Program-made: the position numbers and the translations under genes
Origin: a bacterium
GTDB taxonomy: Bacteria > SAR324 > NAC60-12
Direction of reading: 5' to 3'
Length of the DNA: 64,000 bases
NCBI GenBank assembly: GCA_965205865.1
Contig: CBDBHR010000027.1
Location: 1-64,000 of the forward strand
The notes under the pieces: generated by a model
What the model was told of the DNA's origin: nothing
Database searches by the model: none
Seen by the model: only the letters and a program-made list of their open reading frames with translations
Shown: positions 11,261 to 21,725 of the stretch, piece after piece
How the letters are laid out: each line of letters opens with the position of its first letter
How positions within the stretch are numbered: the first letter of the stretch is position 1

Positions 11261-12709
11261 TTGATTTTACCAATGGATAACCGTCCATTTTCATTTCCCT
11301 TTAATCATCGAAAAATTGTGCGAATCACTCAATGCTTTTCAAAATATAAATGGTTTGAATCAACAATAGTTGGATTACTGATCATTCTTCTCTTCGATTC
11401 CCTTGCCTGGTCTGCAGAGGCAACACGCACTTCCCCGGACAATGCGCAGTTATTTTTATCTTTGCTTCATGATACGCCTGACAGGGAGGCTTTGCATAAT
11501 ATCCGTAAAAATTGGCAACCCGGGTTTGTCCCGATGGTATTAGAAGTTATCCGGTTCAATCGGAATTTTCCTGTCAATTATTCACTCATTGTCCTACTTG
11601 AAGAAAAAACCGGTAAACGATTCGGGTTCGATATAAACGCCTGGTACCATTGGATTTGGAATAAAGAACCTGAAATGACTGAGGATTATGCCGAATTCAA
11701 ATCACAGTTATACGCTAAAATCGACCCTGTGTTTCGAGGTTATTTCAACAATCAGCGCACCGCCAAAATCCGTTTGGATGAAGTGAGATGGGGAGGAGTT
11801 CTCCAAGATGGGATTCCTCCTTTACGAGCTCCCGACATGATATCCGTAAAAGAGGCTGCCTATCTGGAAGACAATCATATTGTTTTTGGAGTTGAATTAA
11901 ATGGAGACGTCAGGGCATATCCTAAACGCATTATGGCCTGGCATGAAATGTTCGTCGATCAAGTGGGCGGTATAAACGTAGCTGGAGTTTATTGTACTTT
12001 GTGTGGCAGTATGATTTTGTATAAAACAGATCTCGACGGTGAACATCATGAAGTGGGAACCAGTGGATTTCTATATCGCTCCAATAAACTCATGTATGAT
12101 AAAAAAACGCAATCTCTGTGGAACACCCTCTGGGGTCAACCGGTGATTGGGCCCCTGGCAGATAAAGAAATCACTTTAGAGCGACTCTACATTGTAACCA
12201 CCACCTGGGGAGAATGGAAAAGACGTCATCCTGACACTATGGTGCTTTCACTGAATACGGGTTATCAGCGTGATTATGGAGAAGGGGTTGCTTATCGTCA
12301 ATACTTTGCGACCGATGAATTGATGTTCTCCGTTCCCAAACTCGACCTGCGCTTACGCAATAAGGCGGACGTGTTAGGTCTTCTCTTCTCTTCTCAGCCG
12401 GATGAACCGTTGGCCATTTCATCTGCTTACTTGATACGGAACCCCCTTTATCATGATAAGATCGGAAATATCGATTTTGTCGTCCTGACCGACCCTTCCG
12501 GAGCCAGTCGTGTCTATGAAACAAAAGGGCGTATTTTTAAAAAATGGGACCAAGACCGAACCGCTATCGATACGCAAGGCACCTCATGGACCATGATGGA
12601 AGAGAAACTCACCTCGGTCGATGGTAAAGTGCTCTATCGCTTGCCTGCTCATCGAGCCTTTTGGTTTGGATGGTATTCTGCCTACGCCCACACTCGTTTG
12701 GTGATGTGA
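11261..12709 (+). CDS. DUF3179-family exported protein
   Basis: WGGVLQDGIPPL, RAYPKRIMAWHEM, YCTLCGS, GTSGFLYRSNKLMYD, AFWFGW; true start may be later. Confidence 0.85.
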   Translation: MILPMDNRPFSFPFNHRKIVRITQCFSKYKWFESTIVGLLIILLFDSLAWSAEATRTSPDNAQLFLSLLHDTPDREALHNIRKNWQPGFVPMVLEVIRFNRNFPVNYSLIVLLEEKTGKRFGFDINAWYHWIWNKEPEMTEDYAEFKSQLYAKIDPVFRGYFNNQRTAKIRLDEVRWGGVLQDGIPPLRAPDMISVKEAAYLEDNHIVFGVELNGDVRAYPKRIMAWHEMFVDQVGGINVAGVYCTLCGSMILYKTDLDGEHHEVGTSGFLYRSNKLMYDKKTQSLWNTLWGQPVIGPLADKEITLERLYIVTTTWGEWKRRHPDTMVLSLNTGYQRDYGEGVAYRQYFATDELMFSVPKLDLRLRNKADVLGLLFSSQPDEPLAISSAYLIRNPLYHDKIGNIDFVVLTDPSGASRVYETKGRIFKKWDQDRTAIDTQGTSWTMMEEKLTSVDGKVLYRLPAHRAFWFGWYSAYAHTRLVM

Positions 12710-12780
12710 TCCCCGTAGCATTGCAGGATTCATCAAAGTTCTTAAAATTGCTTAAACTATTTCAAAAAAGATCAAATCAG

Positions 12781-12979
12781 CCTGAGTTCGACATAAATCT
12801 TCAATAATATGAGTATCCTAGTGTATATGTCATCCTCGCGAAAGCGGGGATCCGGATTTCAATCTGGCTGCATACCTCTGGATTCCTGCTTTCACAGGAA
12901 TGACAAGGTTTCTCACAGGAATAAGATATAAAGATTCCATAACATATTGAATTTATTAAATTCTTATCTCGAACTCAGG
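12781..12979 (+). mobile_element. MITE copy A (TIR CCTGAGTTCGA) containing a REP-like palindrome pair
   Basis: CCTGAGTTCGA..TCGAACTCAGG; near-identical inverted copy at 41353-41597. Confidence 0.85.
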
Positions 12980-13153
12980 TTAATCAGCCTTTCCGTCAGC
13001 GCGTTGACATGCCTGCCGCATTTATCGTTGTAGCGCGCGTATCAGATGGGATTCAGGTAAGTTATTACTTCCAATTCGTATTCTCCGGCAAGAGACCTCA
13101 CATCTCCTTGAGAAACCCGGCAAAAAAACAAGAAAATCCTTGGTAAAATTCCC

Positions 13154-13182
13154 TTGACACGCCTTTTTACAGAGACTATTGT
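13154..13182 (+). promoter_or_regulatory. Putative sigma70 promoter
   Basis: TTGACA-N17-TATTGT about 70 bp upstream of the O-methyltransferase. Confidence 0.5.
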
Positions 13183-13252
13183 CTGACTCTCTCTTAAAAT
13201 CAAGCAGGCAAAGCAACTGCTGAGTTTTCCTGAACAACACTTCATTTGATTC

Positions 13253-13915
13253 ATGTCCAGCACCACACTCGGTCTCGAGGATACTTTATTGGCCTACCTC
13301 CGCAATCACTCCCTGCGCGAACCGGAGGTATTGAAACAACTGCGCGAAGAGACCTTGAAACTCCCCTTGGGAGTTATGCAGGTTTCACCGGAACAGGGAC
13401 AATTCATGGCCCTGCTCGTGCGGATCACCGGCGCCACCCGCATTGTGGAGATCGGAACTTTCACCGGCTACAGTTCCCTTGTGATGGCTCTCGCTCTTCC
13501 CGATTCAGGCAAACTGATCGCCTGTGATATCAGTGAGGATTATACAAACACCGCCAGACATTACTGGCAGAAAGCCGGAGTTGGGGACCGCATCGAATTG
13601 AAACTCGCCCCGGCTTTGGAGACCCTCGATGCCCTGCTGGCCTCCGGACAAACCGGAACGTTCGACATGGCATTCATAGATGCCGACAAAACCGAGTACA
13701 TTGGCTACTACGAACGATGTCTGCAATTGCTCAAATCCGGTGGGCTGATTCTCGTGGACAACGTGCTATGGGGAGGCCGTGTTGCCCGCTCCGAAGTCGA
13801 GGATTCAGACACGAATACCCTGCGGCAGTTCAATGACCTCCTTCACCAGGATGAGCGCATTGGTCTCAGTATGCTTCCCGTCGGGGATGGTCTCACAATC
13901 GCTCGCAAACGGTGA
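13253..13915 (+). CDS. SAM-dependent O-methyltransferase (caffeoyl-CoA OMT-like)
   Basis: VEIGTFTGYS, FDMAFIDADK, GGLILVDNVLWGG, LPVGDGLT. Confidence 0.92.
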   Translation: MSSTTLGLEDTLLAYLRNHSLREPEVLKQLREETLKLPLGVMQVSPEQGQFMALLVRITGATRIVEIGTFTGYSSLVMALALPDSGKLIACDISEDYTNTARHYWQKAGVGDRIELKLAPALETLDALLASGQTGTFDMAFIDADKTEYIGYYERCLQLLKSGGLILVDNVLWGGRVARSEVEDSDTNTLRQFNDLLHQDERIGLSMLPVGDGLTIARKR

Positions 13916-14050
13916 CGGGTGAGGAAATCCGAAATGATGACCTCGCCAATCTTGATCGAGATGATGATGATGGGCGCCATAATATTGGGCAGCACATGGC
14001 GAATCAGGATTTGGACCGTGGGGGTGCCCACGGCCCGGGCGGCCGGAAAA
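13915..14050 (-). pseudogene. Fragment of a DppC/OppC-type ABC permease
   Basis: AARAVGTPTVQILIRHVLPNIMAPIII, the EAA-loop region only. Confidence 0.6.
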
Positions 14051-14210
14051 TAGTCATGCTCCGGCAGACAAACAAAATCTCCACTTACCGTGGAAAGTGC
14101 GGTATTGGAAGCAGCAAAAATTCCCTTGCTTTTTGCAAAGATGCCGCACCTGTATGCGGGAATCGCATTACAGAACGTCAACCAAGCGGCGTTCCGTTTT
14201 TTTGAGGGTT

Positions 14211-16022
14211 TCAGCCCGGTCGATCAGACGATAAGGTGGAAAATCGAGTGGCCCCCTTGAGGCGAATATGCAACTCATCCAACTGTGACGGTTCCACTGC
14301 CGATGGCGCTCCCGTGAGCAGGCAGGAACTCTTTTGAGTTTTAGGAAATGCGATCACGTCGCGGATCGAATCCGTATCGACCAGGAACATTACAATGCGA
14401 TCAAAGCCGAGGGCTATGCCACCATGGGGAGGAGCGCCGTAAGAAAGCGCATCGAGTAAAAATCCAAATTTCGCCCGCGCCTCGTTGTCTCCCAGTTCCA
14501 GCAGATGGAATACCTTCCTTTGAATGTCTTCCCGGTGATTACGGATACTGCCTCCCCCGAGTTCCACGCCATTCAAGACCACGTCGTAGGCAATGGAACG
14601 GATTCGGGAAGGATCGGAATCGTAATGTTTTTCCAGATCTTCCGGATTGGGCATGGTGAAAGGATGATGAACGGCATTGTAGCGTTTGGCTTCCTCATCA
14701 TACTCGAGGAGCGGAAATTCCGTGACCCAGACGAAGCGGAAATCATCTTCCCGAATCAATTGACGACGGCGGGCGATTTCTTTGCGCAAATTTCCCAGTG
14801 AATCGGCCACCACTTTTTTTGAATCCGCGCAAAAGAGGATCAGATCTCCCACCTTGATAGCCATTCGTTCTTCAATGGAGCGTTGGTGCGCTTCCGAGAA
14901 AAACTTAGCAATGGGAGATTGCCATCCATCTTCGTTCAACTTGACCCATGCCATCCCTTTGGCGCCATATCTGCCCACAAACCCGGTCAAATCGTCCAAT
15001 TCCTTCCTTGAAAAATCGGCCCCTCCCGGTACGCAAATCGATTTGACAACACCACCTTTGGCTACCACCTGTGAAAAAACGTTGAGGCCACATTCGGCTG
15101 CAATGTCGGAAAGATCCACCAATTTCATATCGAAACGGATATCCGGGGCGTCGGAACCATATTCTTCCATCGCCTGTTGATAGGTGATACGGGGAAATGG
15201 ACAATCGACGACCACGTCAATGGTCTCCTGAAACAAACGTTTTAGCATGCCTTCGGTCAATTCATAAATTTCTTCGGGCTGGGTGAAACTCATTTCCAAA
15301 TCTATCTGCGTGAATTCCGGCTGTCGATTTCCTCGCAAATCCTCATCCCGGAAACAGCGGGCGATTTGAATATAACGGTCATAGCCACTGCACATGAGCA
15401 GTTGCTTGAACAACTGAGGAGACTGGGGCAACGCGTAAAACTGCCCCGGATTGACTCGGGAAGGCACCAGGTAATCCCGCGCCCCTTCCGGCGTGGATTT
15501 GGTCAGAATCGGCGTCTCGATTTCAAAAAAATGATGGTCATTGAAATAATTACGTACAACGTGCATCGCCTTGGAACGGAGCATCAGATTGCGTTGCATG
15601 CTAGTGCGCCGCAAATCCAGATAACGATAAGTCAGTCGCAAGCGCTCGTCTTCCACTTTCGCCCGCTCGTCAACCACGAAGGGAGCCGTCTTGGAACGAT
15701 TCAAAATCCGCAATTCCGCCACCAGAACTTCAATCTCTCCAGTCGGCAATTTTGGGTTGACGTTCCCCTCTTCACGAGGACTGACTATGCCGCGACAGGC
15801 CAGCACATATTCTGATCGAATCGATTCTGCCAGTTGATGGGAAGCTTCATCGATTTCCCGCTTGAACACCACCTGCGTGATGCCGCTGTAATCCCGTAAA
15901 TCCACGAAGATCACTCCTCCATGGTTGCGACGGGATTTACACCATCCCATAACAAGCGTCTCTTCTCCAATATTGGCGCTCCTCAATGCTCCGCAATAAT
16001 GGCTGCGCAACGACTGTTTCAT
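14211..16022 (-). CDS. aspS: Aspartate-tRNA ligase (possibly non-discriminating)
   Basis: RNHGGVIFVDLRD, STPEGARDYLVPSR, QIARCFRDED, GAPPHGGIALGFDR. Confidence 0.97.
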   Translation of the reverse strand: MKQSLRSHYCGALRSANIGEETLVMGWCKSRRNHGGVIFVDLRDYSGITQVVFKREIDEASHQLAESIRSEYVLACRGIVSPREEGNVNPKLPTGEIEVLVAELRILNRSKTAPFVVDERAKVEDERLRLTYRYLDLRRTSMQRNLMLRSKAMHVVRNYFNDHHFFEIETPILTKSTPEGARDYLVPSRVNPGQFYALPQSPQLFKQLLMCSGYDRYIQIARCFRDEDLRGNRQPEFTQIDLEMSFTQPEEIYELTEGMLKRLFQETIDVVVDCPFPRITYQQAMEEYGSDAPDIRFDMKLVDLSDIAAECGLNVFSQVVAKGGVVKSICVPGGADFSRKELDDLTGFVGRYGAKGMAWVKLNEDGWQSPIAKFFSEAHQRSIEERMAIKVGDLILFCADSKKVVADSLGNLRKEIARRRQLIREDDFRFVWVTEFPLLEYDEEAKRYNAVHHPFTMPNPEDLEKHYDSDPSRIRSIAYDVVLNGVELGGGSIRNHREDIQRKVFHLLELGDNEARAKFGFLLDALSYGAPPHGGIALGFDRIVMFLVDTDSIRDVIAFPKTQKSSCLLTGAPSAVEPSQLDELHIRLKGATRFSTLSSDRPG

Positions 16023-16194
16023 ATTTTCCTTCCTGACTATAAAGGGATTCTTTGCTCTTATCGGCTGGGGAATCGGGGTCATCCTTCCAATACAGAATGA
16101 AAAGGCAGGGAACCCGCTTCAGCGAATACCTCATGCAAGCATAAAGACAATGAGGCTATCACAGCTCGTTGTTTTCGACAACATTCCATTCAAC

Positions 16195-16287
16195 TCACTC
16201 ACCTTCATGCAATTCGCTTTCCAGTCGTTCGTAGTCCCCCAGATGCGCGCGCATGAGGCTCTTCCAGAGTTTGCCGTGGTTGGGGAC
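16195..16287 (-). pseudogene. C-terminal remnant of an M48/YgjP-like metallopeptidase (usually follows hsdR)
   Basis: Manual translation VPNHGKLWKSLMRAHLGDYERLESELHEGE*. Confidence 0.65.
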
Positions 16288-16289
16288 CT

Positions 16290-16599
16290 GCCTCTGGCCC
16301 GCTCGGCCATCGTTATGAGAAAAGGATCTTCGCTGCACTCTTCCGCAAGTTTCTCAATGCGTTTCACCAGCTTGATGACCTTCGTCCCTTGCCCCCTGCT
16401 TGAACTCCCCTACCTTGTCAAAGAGAAGATCATCGAAGTACAACGACGCCTTGCCCGCTCCTCCGGCGATACCGTCACCCTCGGCTCGCAACCCCCGCCT
16501 CCGCTCCGCCTCTGCCCGTGGCACGAAGGTCCAGCCGATTTCCTGCGCGTATTCCAGAATGCGGGCTTGGACGGTATTGTGTTCGGTGAGGGCGGGCAT
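16290..16599 (-). pseudogene. hsdR: Type I restriction subunit R remnant (N-terminus plus late fragment)
   Basis: TEHNTVQARILEYAQEIGWTFVPRAEAERRRG..SLYFDDLL followed by KVIKLVKRIEKLAEECSEDPFLITMAERAR; helicase core absent. Confidence 0.7.
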
Positions 16600-16678
16600 T
16601 AATAGCCTTTACTCCTCGTCTGCTTCCTCCTCCAGGATGAGGGATGTATTTTGAATTTCTGATTCCAACGCGTTCCCG

Positions 16679-16978
16679 CTACGGCCGGGTCACTTCGAGC
16701 TTCAACCCAGTAGCGCGAACGACCGGTGCAAGCGTTGACCAACGCGGGTTGCCCTTTACGGAAAGCATGCGGTACAGGCTTTCTCGTGGAATCCCTGCCT
16801 GTTTGGCTATCTCCGACATCCCTTGCGCCTCAGCGACTTTACGAAGAGCTTGCAGGAATACCGCCGGTTCTTCGTCCTCTGCCGCTGCCGTCAGATATTC
16901 AGCGGCAAAACCGGGATCTTTGAGCTGTTCACGCAGCCACTCGTTGTGCTTTACCTTTTTCATCATCCTGTCACTCAC
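16679..16978 (-). CDS. Putative addiction-module antidote (HTH antitoxin); no toxin adjacent
   Basis: FAAEYLTAA, FLQALRKVAEAQGMSEIAKQAGIPRESLYRMLS..GNP. Confidence 0.85.
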   Translation of the reverse strand: MSDRMMKKVKHNEWLREQLKDPGFAAEYLTAAAEDEEPAVFLQALRKVAEAQGMSEIAKQAGIPRESLYRMLSVKGNPRWSTLAPVVRATGLKLEVTRP

Positions 16979-16984
16979 AATTCG

Positions 16985-17127
16985 TCAATGTCTGAGGTTC
17001 CAGTTCATCAACCGCAACTTCGTTCGCCTCCGGGCCGCCTCGACCCGTAGCACGAAAGTCCAGCCAATCTCCTGCGTGTATTCCAGAAACGGCTCTGCAC
17101 TGATTTGTGTTCGGTGGGGTTGGGCAT
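16985..17127 (-). pseudogene. hsdR: Second hsdR N-terminal fragment
   Basis: MPNPTEHKSVQSR/LEYTQEIGWTFVLRVEAARRR; DNA similar to 16500-16599. Confidence 0.65.
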
Positions 17128-17147
17128 TTCAAGTGTACAAGATTTTA

Positions 17148-19001
17148 CTAAGTATCGGACTCAATGCGCGGGTCTCGACAGTCGAGATGCCACGAGCCGT
17201 CTTTTCTAAGGAAAACGAAACGAGGATCATTTGCGACCGAGTGAAAGGGTAATTTTTTTGTTGAATTGGTCCGAAAAATAAATTGCCCATCCGTTGAACA
17301 AAGAAACACCGTATCAAGTCCAATAATTTTTCGTGAGTGGATCACATCAACTCCCTCCGGTGTCTTCAATTCAAACTTTGGGAATTCTAGTATTGTATCT
17401 GACGATGATTCACGTTGCTCTGAAAGTAGTCTAAGCCACTCTAACGAGGATTTTGAAATTTCCGGTGACAGAGCCTTTACAATCTCCTTTTGAAGGAGAG
17501 CATTGTGAATCTCACGTACACTTATAGAGAGATCAATCACAAGCTTGCCCAATTCAACTGCGGCAGCCCGAGATCGAATCCCTGCCAGAAATACTTTGGC
17601 TGCAGACTCATTCGGGAGACCCAACTCGAGCAACAAACTGACTAAGGTTAACACGTCAACTCGTTTCTTCTCAGTTTCGCTATCCAGCTTTTGCGCTACA
17701 GCATGGCACAACCAGGATAGCTCGTAACCGTAAAAATCAGTGCAGATTTTCATGGAATCTTTTCCACAATCCTCCTTGATCTTTTGTAAGGAAACCCCCT
17801 CAATCCATAGTGGCCGGATTTGATCCAGCAGATCATTTTCGGGAATTGACTTGCAGATTGCCTTTGCATTTTCCCTTGCCCAAATTTCAAACCTCTTTAT
17901 TATTTCCGAAAATGAGGCACCCTCGTCTGCATCAATGTAATCGTCAACCATCTCACGGAACTGATCAAGATCTTGAAACGCTGCTTTTCCGACTGAAAGT
18001 GGGAGCCCTGATGCCACTATTGCCTTTCTTTCTGGGATCGTCGGAATCTCCCCAAGAATACCGTTTGACCTGGCTTGAAGAAAACGCAAGAGTATTTTGT
18101 CTTCTTTATCTTGAAGACCGATCTTCTCTTGAATCGCTGCAAACGATTCACTAAATGCTGCTTCCACCCAATCCGCCGACGTTGAGTCGTCTTCTCCCTC
18201 ATAAGCAATGTGAAAAGCCAGTAATTGATCATCTACCAGATCCAACAAAGTTTGGATAGAGGTCAAATGTTCTCCAAAACTATCCAACTTCCCATTGGTT
18301 AATAATTCAAGTAGGACTTCGAATGATACTCCTGCTTTGAGTGCGAGTTGATTTATACGCCGCACGGTCCAAAGCAGGCCGCTTTCGACTCGATCGAGTC
18401 TTTCAAAGTCCAAATATTCATATGCACGTCGTACTTCCCGGTGAACCTGCTCTAAGGATCTCTTCTTCGTAATTATCGTATCTACCGCAAACAAGACCTT
18501 TCCTTCGCCGTCAACAAAGGCTCTGCCTGCGCGACCACAGATGTTCCAGAAATCGCTCTTGCTGATGCGTTTATTGGGCCCAATTAGAGTTTGAGAAATG
18601 ATTACCGACGAGATACCGATGTTTACCCCTTGGCCTAACGTGGTAGTGGCCACGATCACTCGAGGCGCCTTTGCAGCCATGAGTTTCTCAATAGAAATTC
18701 GGACTTGGGGCGGCAGTAGATTCGAATGGCAGATGATCCCGATGCGTGCCGTATCAAGTACTACAGAATCAGGACCGAGCTCTTCCTGACACACTGCTTC
18801 GAAAAGGCGCCATTCGTTTTCTGGCCATTCGTGATCATACACCGGGTCGCCGAAAGCTAATATCACGGCTCTGGCCATTGATTCAACCCATCTTGCCTGG
18901 CCCGCGAAGATTAGCACCGGACCAAGCTCCGCCAACCGGACTGCTGTCGCCGCTACTGCTTCCGTTTTATCCTTGGGAAATTTACGCGGTTTCTTCTTTC
19001 C
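17148..19001 (-). pseudogene. hamB: Hachiman HamB-like Ski2/DEAD-DEAH helicase, 3' part (IS-interrupted)
   Basis: VATTTLGQGVN, FWNICGRAGRAFVD; frame continues from 21726 once the IS is removed. Confidence 0.8.
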
Positions 19002-19007
19002 TAGCTC

Positions 19008-20363
19008 GACCCTAGCCGAAAAGGGTTTCGAAAATAGTAAATGTAACCAATTTGATTCTATTTGATTCTCTATTTGATTCAATATGACGAGAAAACGATT
19101 TATTTTTGTTTTTTATTCGCCCACGGCACAGTTTTTATAGGGAAAAAATCTTTTTTGGACATACTTTCCTCGCCCCTGCTCATATTTCACACTCCCCCAT
19201 TGAATATTCAGGCCGCTTGTTTGAGTTGTCTTTTTTTCAACTCAATCATTTTGCAAAAATTATAGGTTAATGCTTTTTCCAGCAACTCTGCCCGAACGTT
19301 TTCAATCCCTCTGCGCATAACTTGTCCGAAATGGAAACGATGCTTAAGATGAAACATCAACGACTCTGCAGCAGATCTTCCATTTCGTGATTCCAAATAG
19401 ATTTCACTTTCCCATTCTTCAATCGGGGTCATCTTTTTTCTCTTTACCCCACTAATACTAAAAACCTTAACGCCTTTGCCCATCCACTTTTCTCTGATCG
19501 CCTGATTGGCATATCCATCATCAAGGCTCACTTCAGAGGGAATGGTGATGGTGCATCGCAAATGTTCAACAAGGGCAGGGTCGAGTTGCCCTGAATCAGC
19601 AGCATTGCCCTCCGGAGTAATTAACACGGAAATAAAACCATTTCCGCTCCTTCCTAATTGAGGCTTATATCCGATAAGCGCTTCTCGATCTCCCTTTTGA
19701 ATATAAGCCGAGCTCTGATCGGAAAGACTCAATACTTTCTCAGTGGAAGGAACCTTCTTTTCTTCAAAAACTCTTTGATGACAGTAGATGATTACCCGTT
19801 GCAAATTAGAAATATCTTCATTCATCATTTCAATGAGGCGAATCAAACGCGTTTTCCGAGAAGGGGGGAGAAGAGCTTTTTGGGCACGGATATCCACCTT
19901 TGCCATTTCTTTTAAAAATTTCCCATGAGCGCTTTGAGCTTTCTTCAATAGGGTTTTGTAATGTTTTTTTCGCTTCGTTTTACTGTCCTTTTTACCTGTC
20001 TCAAAAGCAATCATCTTAGAGAGCTTATTCATCTCCTTGATATGGATTCCGGGCTTCCTGCCATCGTTTATCCTCTAAACGCTCTTTCTTTTTATTTCTT
20101 GCGTATTTCTCCAAATCCTGTTCAATTTTGTCCAATATCTCCGGCTCTCGCTCAGACAATTGATCAAGTTCTGATAAGAAATTTTCAAATTCTGTATCAG
20201 GAGCGCTTAAAATAAGATGTTTTTCTGCTCGAATGAATGGTTTCATTTTGGGTGCCATAATTCTTAATATTGAAGTTATTCACAGTTATTTCAATGAATT
20301 ATGGCACTTTTTAACCTCAAGTTTAAAGATATAATTCTAAAAAATACCTTTTCGGCTAGGATC
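19008..20363 (-). mobile_element. ISNCY-like IS, internally deleted, copy 1 of tandem dimer
   Basis: TIRs GACCCTAGCCGAAAAGG / CCTTTTCGGCTAGGATC; ORFs 20025-20258 and 19208-20032 (EKVLSLSD, SLDDGY, RSAAESLM); TSD TAGCTC at 19002-19007. Confidence 0.88.
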
Positions 20364-20369
20364 TAGCTA

Positions 20370-21725
20370 GACCCTAGCCGAAAAGGGTTTCTAAAATAGT
20401 AAATGTAACCAATTTGATTCTATTTGATTCTCTATTTGATTCAATATGACGAGAAAACGATTTATTTTTGTTTTTTATTCGCCCACGGCACAGTTTTTAT
20501 AGGGAAAAAATCTTTTTTGGACATACTTTCCTCGCCCCTGCTCATATTTCACACTCCCCCATTGAATATTCAGGCCGCTTGTTTGAGTTGTCTTTTTTTC
20601 AACTCAATCATTTTGCAAAAATTATAGGTTAATGCTTTTTCCAGCAACTCTGCCCGAACGTTTTCAATCCCTCTGCGCATAACTTGTCCGAAATGGAAAC
20701 GATGCTTAAGATGAAACATCAACGACTCTGCAGCAGATCTTCCATTTCGTGATTCCAAATAGATTTCACTTTCCCATTCTTCAATCGGGGTCATCTTTTT
20801 TCTCTTTACCCCACTAATACTAAAAACCTTAACGCCTTTGCCCATCCACTTTTCTCTGATCGCCTGATTGGCATATCCATCATCAAGGCTCACTTCAGAG
20901 GGAATGGTGATGGTGCATCGCAAATGTTCAACAAGGGCAGGGTCGAGTTGCCCTGAATCAGCAGCATTGCCCTCCGGAGTAATTAACACGGAAATAAAAC
21001 CATTTCCGCTCCTTCCTAATTGAGGCTTATATCCGATAAGCGCTTCTCGATCTCCCTTTTGAATATAAGCCGAGCTCTGATCGGAAAGACTCAATACTTT
21101 CTCAGTGGAAGGAACCTTCTTTTCTTCAAAAACTCTTTGATGACAGTAGATGATTACCCGTTGCAAATTAGAAATATCTTCATTCATCATTTCAATGAGG
21201 CGAATCAAACGCGTTTTCCGAGAAGGGGGGAGAAGAGCTTTTTGGGCACGGATATCCACCTTTGCCATTTCTTTTAAAAATTTCCCATGAGCGCTTTGAG
21301 CTTTCTTCAATAGGGTTTTGTAATGTTTTTTTCGCTTCGTTTTACTGTCCTTTTTACCTGTCTCAAAAGCCATCATCTTAGAGAGCTTATTCATCTCCTT
21401 GATATGGATTCCGGGCTTCCTGCCATCGTTTATCCTCTAAACGCTCTTTCTTTTTATTTCTTGCGTATTTCTCCAAATCCTGTTCAATTTTGTCCAATAT
21501 CTCCGGCTCTCGCTCAGACAATTGATCAAGTTCTGATAAGAAATTTTCAAATTCTGTATCAGGAGCGCTTAAAATAAGATGTTTTTCTGCTCGAATGAAT
21601 GGTTTCATTTTGGGTGCCATAATTCTTAATATTGAAGTTATTCACAGTTATTTCAATGAATTATGGCACTTTTTAACCTCAAGTTTAAAGATATAATTCT
21701 AAAAAATACCTTTTCGGCTAGGATC
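20370..21725 (-). mobile_element. ISNCY-like IS, copy 2 of tandem dimer
   Basis: 1356-bp near-identical repeat at 1362-bp period; TAGCTA spacer before, TAGCTC after. Confidence 0.88.

Noticed and set aside
19002-19082. N-terminus MNQIENQIES.. of the 644-aa helicase ORF
   Set aside because: Encoded by the IS end; true helicase sequence resumes at 19001
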